A stretch of DNA of 64,000 nucleotides from Monocercomonoides exilis PA203. Its lineage: Eukaryota; Protista; Preaxostyla. Positions 52,484 through 61,939 of the stretch are shown here, piece by piece. Each line of letters starts with the position of its first letter. The stretch's first letter is position 1. Position numbers and translations under genes: made by a program. Location: the NCBI GenBank assembly GCA_001643675.2, contig LSRY02000027.1, positions 62,001 through 126,000 of the forward strand. Direction: 5' to 3'. A model generated the notes under the pieces. That model was given only the letters and a program-made list of their open reading frames with translations, was not told where the DNA came from and ran no database searches.

Positions 52484-54812
52484 AGACGTTTTTCGAATCT
52501 TGAGCAAAAAATAAATTTGATTTTATAACATAGATGTCAACCTCTTTTTTTGGAATTGATTCAATCAAATTGGAACTTTCTCAATCTCACTTGGTCCAAA
52601 ATAGGAATTACGAAATGTTTGAAAAACTGATCTTATTATTTTTTTGTTTCTTCTTTTATTTGATTCCTTCGTTTCGATTATTCACAAAACTTTGGTATTT
52701 TGTGCATCTATATAAAATCCATGGTGTTTTGATCTGTTTTCAGCAAATTTTGAGTTTTTTTATAGTTCAAAAGGTTTGCATTTATTTTTTATTCTTTCAC
52801 ATGATATCCTTGTGATTGAGCATTTATATTAATTCTAATGATTATTTTCATATGTTTTAAGCTATTAACAGCTGTGACGTTTTATTTTAAATTAGGATCA
52901 TTAATAATACTTTTTCAACGTTTATTTCATATAAAACTCAAGGGGAAACAACGATTTTTGTTTCATTTCAATATTTTTCATAAATATTTTATGACATACA
53001 TACAATAAGTTATATTTTTTATTCTCTTTTATTTTTTTTTTTTAAAAAAAGGTGAATGATTGAAAAATAGAAATAATAAAAGAAAAAACTAATTTCTTTG
53101 CTCCAAAAGAAGCCTTAAAGGACTTGGCGTAATTCTTTTCGCCTTTTCTGCTTCTGATGAACGTGGAGTTGAAGGAAAAGGAGATGAAGAAGATGCAGAA
53201 GAATGTTGGATTGATTTCCACTGACCTGGTAAACACCAGGCCATAGAATTATCATCTTCGTCACTATCATTTTCTTCCAAATCAATCCTTTTCGTTTCAT
53301 TTCTATCTTTTTCTTCTTTTTCTTCTTTTTCTTCGATTTTTCGCTTTTCTTTCTTTTCTTCTTCACATTTCTTTTTCAGTGCGCCTTCCTTTTCATTCTG
53401 TGAAATATCTGAATAAAAAAAAGAGAAAATATAATGGTTGAAAGAGTTATCAAAAAAAATCAAATAAAAGATAATGAATATAAATATGGGTAAAGTAATG
53501 AATAATAAACTGTCTATTTGTGCGTGTAAAGTAGTTATTGTGGGTGTAATTGACAAGCTCGGATTCAATCTATTTTTCAATTTTATTCGATATCTCTCAT
53601 TCGCTATTTGTCTTGCTTTTTGTTTTTGTAAATGCTCCGTCCACAAGTTGTCCAAAATACGCTGATTTGCTTCCCCATCTGCTCTTGTCAATGGATTTCG
53701 TAATATATGAAAATTGGTCAAACAACAAGCCACACAGAAATAATCAGCAACCCTTTCAACTTCAAATGGCCACTGTCTTCTAAAAACTGAAAAGAGGGTC
53801 TTCAGACGACCGAAAAACCGTTCCACGATGACTCGATGAGTTGCTAGCTCTGGTGTTCCCACTGGTTTGGTGATAATTGCAGCCAAATCAGGTCTCGCTC
53901 CTATGTAAGCCGAATCAGCCAATATTTTTGCCCCTCCCAAACGATCCAAAAATTGAGGATAATGATCTTTAAAGACTGTAAAGTCATGAGTGGAGCCAGA
54001 ATGAATTGCACTGATAGTACTTGCTGTCCCAACTTTGGGATTGACTCCAACCTCAGCTTTCACACAATATGTGTGATGTTTCCCGCTAAAAAACTTTTTC
54101 CCAAAGTCTAATCGACCTCCAGGTCTGTTGATGGGAATGATTGTGCAGTCCAAAACAATTCCAACCTCCTTCATCACTTCAATCCTGTCAGGGCGAAATG
54201 TCAAAAACAAATCTGCTAATGGAGCTCTGATATGAGAAACAATACTGTGAAGAAGTCTGACAAGAGCGTTTTGAGTTTCATAGAAAGGTGTGGATAATAA
54301 AAGTGTGAGTGTTGTTGAACCGTGATGAAGAAAAGTGAGTAACAAGAATAACTGTTCATCAAAATTGTTGATTGCTTTCAGTTTGCCTCGATGATGAGGA
54401 ACTTCCATTTGAAGAATATGTATGAGAAAATCAAATTCTTCTTTTGTGAATCCAGTAAGTCGAAAAAAAGAAGAAACAGGATCATCAAAAAAGTCACAAG
54501 CTTTTTTGATGATGGAAATTTTTTCTTCCTTTTGAAGTGATTCATTCCGTTGTGGAATAATATTTCTCCTCTCCACACTCTTCAAAACGTCCAAAAAATT
54601 TGAATGTGACATCAGAAAAAAATAAGAACAACTTTCGTTTGATCAAAACCAAATATTGAAATTTTGTTATTAATGATCACGAAACCAACATTTGTGAATA
54701 TGAATGTTATTGAATCAAATCAAATAAGTTTGATTCTATTCGGTTTTCAATCGATATTATTAAGTGTTAATATATCTTTTGCGGATGCATCAAATAAAAT
54801 ACAAAAGGTTCT
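52484..54812 (-). mobile_element. Array unit 1: DDE DNA transposon, 2329 bp
   Basis: Bounded by AGT at 52481-52483 and 54813-54815. Ends AGACGTTTTTCGAAT..AATACAAAAGGTTCT. Carries an intact transposase. Confidence 0.85.
53089..54612 (-). CDS. IS5/PIF-Harbinger/ISL2EU-type (DDE_Tnp_4-like) transposase, intact; probable 102-nt intron 53409-53510
   Basis: HTH-like FFRLTGF..EQLFLLLTFLHHG; catalytic VLDCT, LADSAY and IVERFFGRLK; RPGG..FSGKHH.YCVK; GSTHDFTVF. Confidence 0.9.
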   Translation of the reverse strand: MSHSNFLDVLKSVERRNIIPQRNESLQKEEKISIIKKACDFFDDPVSSFFRLTGFTKEEFDFLIHILQMEVPHHRGKLKAINNFDEQLFLLLTFLHHGSTTLTLLLSTPFYETQNALVRLLHSIVSHIRAPLADLFLTFRPDRIEVMKEVGIVLDCTIIPINRPGGRLDFGKKFFSGKHHTYCVKAEVGVNPKVGTASTISAIHSGSTHDFTVFKDHYPQFLDRLGGAKILADSAYIGARPDLAAIITKPVGTPELATHRVIVERFFGRLKTLFSVFRRQWPFEVERVADYFCVACCLTNFHILRNPLTRADGEANQRILDNLWTEHLQKQKARQIANERYRIKLKNRLNPSLSITPTITTLHAQIDSLLFITLPIFIFIIFYLIFFDNSFNHYIFSFFYSDISQNEKEGALKKKCEEEKKEKRKIEEKEEKEEKDRNETKRIDLEENDSDEDDNSMAWCLPGQWKSIQHSSASSSSPFPSTPRSSEAEKAKRITPSPLRLLLEQRN

Positions 54813-54815
54813 AGT

Positions 54816-57146
54816 AGACGTTTTTCGAATCTTGAGCAAAAAATAAATTTGATTTTATAACATAGATGTCAACCTCTTTTTTTGGAATTGATTCAATCAA
54901 ATTGGAACTTTCTCAATCTCACTTGGTCCAAAATAGGAATTACGAAATGTTTGAAAAACTGATCTTATTATTTTTTTGTTTCTTCTTTTATTTGATTCCT
55001 TCGTTTCGATTATTCACAAAACTTTGGTATTTTGTGCATCTATATAAAATCCATGGTGTTTTGATCTGTTTTCAGCAAATTTTGAGTTTTTTTATAGTTC
55101 AAAAGGTTTGCATTTATTTTTTATTCTTTCACATGATATCCTTGTGATTGAGCATTTATATTAATTCTAATGATTATTTTCATATGTTTTAAGCTATTAA
55201 CAGCTGTGACGTTTTATTTTAAATTAGGATCATTAATAATACTTTTTCAACGTTTATTTCATATAAAACTCAAGGGGAAACAACGATTTTTGTTTCATTT
55301 CAATATTTTTCATAAATATTTTATGACATACATACAATAAGTTATATTTTTTATTCTCTTTTATTTTTTTTTTTTAAAAAAAGGTGAATGATTGAAAAAT
55401 AGAAATAATAAAAGAAAAAACTAATTTCTTTGCTCCAAAAGAAGCCTTAAAGGACTTGGCGTAATTCTTTTCGCCTTTTCTGCTTCTGATGAACGTGGAG
55501 TTGAAGGAAAAGGAGATGAAGAAGATGCAGAAGAATGTTGGATTGATTTCCACTGACCTGGTAAACACCAGGCCATAGAATTATCATCTTCGTCACTATC
55601 ATTTTCTTCCAAATCAATCCTTTTCGTTTCATTTCTATCTTTTTTCTTCTTTTTTCTTCTTTTTCTTCGATTTTTCGCTTTTCTTTCTTTTCTTCTTCAC
55701 ATTTCTTTTTCAGTGCGCCTTCCTTTTCATTCTGTGAAATATCTGAATAAAAAAAAGAGAAAATATAATGGTTGAAAGAGTTATCAAAAAAAATCAAATA
55801 AAAGATAATGAATATAAATATGGGTAAAGTAATGAATAATAAACTGTCTATTTGTGCGTGTAAAGTAGTTATTGTGGGTGTAATTGACAAGCTCGGATTC
55901 AATCTATTTTTCAATTTTATTCGATATCTCTCATTCGCTATTTGTCTTGCTTTTTGTTTTTGTAAATGCTCCGTCCACAAGTTGTCCAAAATACGCTGAT
56001 TTGCTTCCCCATCTGCTCTTGTCAATGGATTTCGTAATATATGAAAATTGGTCAAACAACAAGCCACACAGAAATAATCAGCAACCCTTTCAACTTCAAA
56101 TGGCCACTGTCTTCTAAAAACTGAAAAGAGGGTCTTCAGACGACCGAAAAACCGTTCCACGATGACTCGATGAGTTGCTAGCTCTGGTGTTCCCACTGGT
56201 TTGGTGATAATTGCAGCCAAATCAGGTCTCGCTCCTATGTAAGCCGAATCAGCCAATATTTTTGCCCCTCCCAAACGATCCAAAAATTGAGGATAATGAT
56301 CTTTAAAGACTGTAAAGTCATGAGTGGAGCCAGAATGAATTGCACTGATAGTACTTGCTGTCCCAACTTTGGGATTGACTCCAACCTCAGCTTTCACACA
56401 ATATGTGTGATGTTTCCCGCTAAAAAACTTTTTCCCAAAGTCTAATCGACCTCCAGGTCTGTTGATGGGAATGATTGTGCAGTCCAAAACAATTCCAACC
56501 TCCTTCATCACTTCAATCCTGTCAGGGCGAAATGTCAAAAACAAATCTGCTAATGGAGCTCTGATATGAGAAACAATACTGTGAAGAAGTCTGACAAGAG
56601 CGTTTTGAGTTTCATAGAAAGGTGTGGATAATAAAAGTGTGAGTGTTGTTGAACCGTGATGAAGAAAAGTGAGTAACAAGAATAACTGTTCATCAAAATT
56701 GTTGATTGCTTTCAGTTTGCCTCGATGATGAGGAACTTCCATTTGAAGAATATGTATGAGAAAATCAAATTCTTCTTTTGTGAATCCAGTAAGTCGAAAA
56801 AAAGAAGAAACAGGATCATCAAAAAAGTCACAAGCTTTTTTGATGATGGAAATTTTTTCTTCCTTTTGAAGTGATTCATTCCGTTGTGGAATAATATTTC
56901 TCCTCTCCACACTCTTCAAAACGTCCAAAAAATTTGAATGTGACATCAGAAAAAAATAAGAACAACTTTCGTTTGATCAAAACCAAATATTGAAATTTTG
57001 TTATTAATGATCACGAAACCAACATTTGTGAATATGAATGTTATTGAATCAAATCAAATAAGTTTGATTCTATTCGGTTTTCAATCGATATTATTAAGTG
57101 TTAATATATCTTTTGCGGATGCATCAAATAAAATACAAAAGGTTCT
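54816..57146 (-). mobile_element. Array unit 2: near-identical copy of unit 1, 2331 bp
   Basis: Bounded by AGT at 54813-54815 and 57147-57149. Differs from unit 1 by two extra T in homopolymers near 55640-55655. Confidence 0.85.
55421..56946 (-). CDS. DDE transposase, copy 2; C-terminal tail frameshifted by homopolymer insertions
   Basis: Same sequence as copy 1 to ..KIEEKEEK, then a frame change. The ancestral tail survives in ORF 55421-55612. Confidence 0.8.
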
Positions 57147-57149
57147 AGT

Positions 57150-59562
57150 AGAACTTTTCTGAATTGAGTGTGTCATTTCAAATTCATCATGAAAATTTAA
57201 TTTAGAATAATCTAATCGAAATTATATCAATCTTTTTCAAATTAGGATCAACTTTTTTTGGTCGTTTTCAGGAATTATCAAATCTTCCATGTTGATCAAA
57301 CATTTTTTTAACTTTTTGTATATCTTTGTTGAAAGAAAAAATTGTGTAGCCAAATTTCAAAAGTGTGTTTGTTATGTTTCAATTAATCTGTTTCCACATT
57401 GTTTTTCTTTGTTTAATCTGTTCAAGTACCCGAATTCGTTTGTATTCATTTTTTGTGTTTTCTACTATGTTAATCAACATTTTTCAATTTATAGCAAGCA
57501 AATTTGGTGTATAAACAGAAATCGAAGTATTTTTCAATAATTAAGTGTTTATTATGATTATTTAGTGAAATAATGAAATTCACATCCATTCAAATAGTAA
57601 ATTTCAAAAATTTCCAATAAAAAGGAACTTTTTTCATGTCATTTTATAATATTTTACAATGAAATCATAAATAAAAATAGAAAAAATCTTTCACAGCTTG
57701 TTTTTGTTAAAAATAAAATTGTGTGAATGTGTTTCTCTAAAAAAAAATAAAAGCATTAATTATGACTCGATAGCAGCTCCTGTAACACCCTGGGCGTGAT
57801 TCTTTTTTCTTTCTGGTGAGTTAATGAAGCAGAAGTAGCAGTTGAAGAAGAAGAAGCAGAAGATGAAGCTGAAGATGAAGATGAAGCGTAAGAAGAAGAA
57901 GAAGGAGTAGTAGCAGCAGGAAAAATTGAAGGAAAACAATCAGATGATGAAGAATTTTAAAATCTAATCGATTTCATTCGATATGGTTAATGCCACGATT
58001 TGGAAAAATCTTCATGATCATCACTTTCGATTTCTTTTTCTATTTCATTCGTAATTTTTTTGCTTCTTTCTATTTTTTCTATGATCTTCAATTCTTCTTT
58101 TTTTTCATTTTCATTTTTTTCTGAAGAAATTCGAATATCTGGTTCTTCGTCCATATCAGAAGATTCTAAATTATTAATAATTGATATTTGTATGACATAA
58201 AAAAAATTATTTTGCACTCTTATTTTCAAAAAAAATAGAGAATAAAAGAAATGCAGGCCTTCTTCTTGAACATGAAGTGACGTGCTTCTTGAGGCAGGTG
58301 AGTGATCTGGATTGAGTCGATTTTTTAGTCGAATTCTATATTGTTCATTGGATCTTTGTTTTGCTTCATGTCTGTGAATGTTTTGAACTTGAAGATCAGT
58401 GAAAATACGAAGATTTGCTTCCATATCGCTCGCAGTTAGTGGGTTCTGTAAAATATGGAAATTTGTTAGACAAGCTGCTACAGCAAAATAACTTCCAATT
58501 TTGTCAATATCAAAAGGCCAGTTTTGTCGAAAAACAGCAAAAATCGTTTTCATACGTCCAAAAAATCTTTCGATAATAACCCTATGTTTCGCCAACTCTG
58601 GGGTTCCTACTGGTTTTGTAATGACTGCACCAAATTCCGACTTTGCTCCAATATATGCAGAATCTGCAATAATTTTTGATCCTCCAAGTTTCGAACAGAA
58701 TATGGGATAATGGTCCTTGAATATGGTATAGTCATGGGTTGAACCCGGGTAAATGTCACTAATTGTACTAGCAGTTCCAACTTTCAAATTCACTCCAACT
58801 TCAACCTTTGTGCAATATATATGGTGTTTTCCACTAAAGAATTTTTTTCCATTTGATAATGTTCCTTCTGGTCTGTTTGTGGGGATTATCGTGCAATCCA
58901 CAGCCAGCGCCACATCTCTTAATTCGTCAACACGATCAGGCCTGTATGTTAAAAAAATATCAATAAGCGGAAGTTTGATATCTCTGACAATGCTGTGAAG
59001 AAGTTGTGTTGTTGCTCCAAGAGTTTCGTAGTAGGATGATGCAAGTTGATGAGTAAGAGTTGTGGAACCCAGATGAAGAAAATTGAGTAGAAGAAAAAGT
59101 TGATCATCAAAATTGTTAATTGATTTTTCTCTTCCTCTGTGCTGAATTGTTTCGTGTTGAATAATTCGAAGAAGAAGATCAAATTCGTTTCTGGTGAAAC
59201 CAGTGAGACGAAAGAACCCTCGCAAAGGGTCTTCAATACGTTTTAATGCAAATTGGATTACTGTTTCTTTTTTGATTTCTTTCTTAATTTCAACGTGTTG
59301 CGGAAGTGCGATTCTTTTTTCTACATGTTCCAAAATATCCAATATTTTGTTCTGTGACATAGCAAAAAACACTCTTGAACTGAAAATTGATCACAATTCC
59401 ATAATTCGAAAATCTGTTTGAGGATCAATTTCCCAACATTTTATCAATTGAAATTCACTGAATCAATTTGAAATTGATTATGACTTATTGAAATTAGATT
59501 ATCATAAACGCAATTTGGTTTGTCCATAAATAAAATTGATAGAGAAAATTTGAAAAAGGTCT
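57150..59562 (-). mobile_element. Array unit 3: diverged DDE transposon, 2413 bp
   Basis: Begins AGAACTTTTCTGAATT after AGT; ends AATTTGAAAAAGGTCT before a TGT spacer. Confidence 0.8.
57756..59360 (-). pseudogene. DDE transposase, copy 3; two in-frame TAA in the C-terminal exon
   Basis: AVDCT, IADSAY and IIERFFGR are intact. Premature TAA at 57987-57989 (WH*P, versus WHLP in copy 4) and 57957-57959. The frame then continues to ..RITPRVLQELLSSHN*. Confidence 0.8.
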
Positions 59563-59565
59563 TGT

Positions 59566-61936
59566 TGAGCTTTTTCGAATTGAGCACATAATTTTGATTT
59601 GACTCAATCAATTTGCATTTAGTCAATCTTATTTGATTTGACTTAATCAAATCTGATTTGAATTGATCATTTTTTGATCTTTTTTAAAAACAATTATGAG
59701 TCAATTACGATCAAGATATTGACTTATTTTTTCAAACTCTCTACCTTGTTGGCAGATCTTAAAAATGCGACAAGTTTGTGAATTCTTTTTTTGATTGTTT
59801 TAAGTATTTATTGTTTATTTTCAACATCTCTTCTTCCGATTCGGATCGTAATGAACAATTTGAAACTAACGTTTTCAACATGTGCAAGAGATGATCAACA
59901 GTTAAAATTTTATTTATAACTGTATTTCAAAAAAACAAAAAGCTCTTTCGATCAAATTTTTTTCACTTTTTTGTTTTTGTTAGGTTTTTTTTTCATTTCA
60001 TTTTTATTAGTCTATTTTACATAGAAAACTAACAAATATATAGAAATTTTATAAATAAACACAATTTTTGTTTTTCATTCAAAAAAATAAATTCAGAATT
60101 GGAAATATTAATTAATAGAGATTATTAAAAAGATGAGATGGTTGAAAAAAGAAGTCAAAGAAAAATTAAATGATATTCACTTTTTATTCAGTAACAATTG
60201 GAGAACAGATGGGGGTTTATTTTGTTTTGAATCAACAGAAGAGGAAGAAGAAGCAGTAGATGAAGATGATGATAAAAAGGAAGAAGAAGGTTGTGTTTGT
60301 GTAAATGAAGGAAAAGGCTGAGTTGAAGATGGAGAAAAAATACTAATAGATTTCCATTGATGTGGCAGGTGCCAAGCTTGAGAATTATCACAATTTTGAT
60401 CTTCATCAAAATCTTTTCTTTCTTTTTCTAAAACCTGTTCCCTTTGCTCGCTTCTTTGTTCCAAAACTTCGCAGTTCGCTCTTTCTCTTCTTTCTTTCGC
60501 TTTTTCTGCTTCGTACGCCCTTTGATCATCATCAGAAGCATCTAAAATAAAAAAATATGGTAAAATGATGTTTATAAAAATGAAAAAATAGAAAAAGAAA
60601 ATAAAAAATAATGGTAAAAAAGTGAAAGATAAGCCTCCTGTTTCTGCCAAAATTGTAGTTATTGTGGGTGTCAGGGTATTTTCTGGATTGAGTTTATTTT
60701 TCATTTTGGCGAAATATCAAGCATTAGCCACCTTCTTTGCATCAACTTTTCTCAAGTAATTCGAATATAGCTCCTCCAAAAACAATGTATTTGCTTCAAA
60801 ATCCTTATTTGTGAGTGGATTGTGCAAGATATGAAAGTTTGTGAGGCAGCAAGCCACTGAAAAATAGTCCCCAATACGCTCCATTTCAAAAACCCACGGA
60901 TGACGGAAGACAGAAAAGAGAGTTTTGAGTCTTCCAAAGAATCTTTCAACAATAACACGATGAGATGCAAGCTCAGGAGTTCCAACGGGCTTTGTAATAA
61001 TCGCCCCAAGCTCTGGTTTCGCTCCTATGTAAGCGGAATCGGCCAAAATCTTTGCTCCTCCAAGCTTTTGAACAAATGTGGGGTAATGTTCTTTGAAAAT
61101 AGTGAAATCGTGAGTTGACCCAGAGTAGATAGAACTGATTGTACTTGCTGTTCCCACCTTGGGGTTCACTCCCACCTCCGCCTTGACACAATAGATGTGA
61201 TGCTTCCCTGAGTAGTATTTTTTTCCAAACTCCAACCTCCCTCCAGGCCTGTTTGTAGGTATTACTGTGCAGTCAAGCACAATTCCCACCTCCTTCATTT
61301 GCTCCAAACGATCTGGACGAAATGAAAGAAAAAGATCTGCAAGTTGAGATTTTAAATTTGATGTTGTTGAATGAAGAAGTCGAACTGTTGATGTTTGAGA
61401 TTCGTGTTTTGATTGAGATATGACGTGAGTTAAAGAAATAGAGCCATGGTGAAGAAAAACTAACAAAAGAAAAAGTTGTTCATCCAAAGATTCGATTGAT
61501 TTTGCCCTTCCACGATGAGGTTGGGCTGATGATGAGAGAAGACGAAGAAGCAAGTCGAATTCATAACGAACAAACCCAGTCAGTCGGTGAAAACCGAAAG
61601 ATGGGTCAGTAAATTTTTTGCAAAATTTATCGATGATTGATTGCTGATCATCATCAGATTTAATCTCAATATGAGATGGCATTACATTTCTTTTTTCCAC
61701 GCTCGTTAAAATATCGAAAAATGGAGATTGAGACATGAATAATGAAGTTGAAAAAAAGTTAAATACAAAAATGCCCATTAATAACAATTATTATCGATCA
61801 TATTCGCACCCACAATTATTGTAATTTGCATTGACTCAATCAAATCGATTTGTCTCGATCTAATTTGAATTATATAAAACTTATCTGCTTTAGCAAAGGC
61901 AAATAATATATGACTTGTTCAAATCGCATAAGTTCT
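59566..61936 (-). mobile_element. Array unit 4: diverged DDE transposon, 2371 bp
   Basis: Begins TGAGCTTTTTCGAATT; ends AAATCGCATAAGTTCT followed by AGT at 61937-61939. Confidence 0.8.
60177..61736 (-). pseudogene. DDE transposase, copy 4; one in-frame TGA at 60717-60719
   Basis: ORFs 60717-61787 and 60177-60704 are in the same frame. ANA*YFAKMKNKL aligns with ANERYRIKLKNRL (Arg to stop). Confidence 0.82.
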
Positions 61937-61939
61937 AGT

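Noticed and set aside
52534-55147. Duplicated 93-aa plus-strand ORFs as a second transposon gene
   Set aside because: AT-rich, F/I/L-biased, no recognisable domain, and not conserved in units 3-5.
57756-57989. In-frame TAA codons in transposase copy 3 as evidence for a TAR=Gln genetic code (known in some oxymonads)
   Set aside because: RPSA and RPA1 end in TAA and DPYD in TAG at the expected positions, and long ORFs have no internal TAR. The first stop aligns with Leu in other copies, so these are nonsense mutations.
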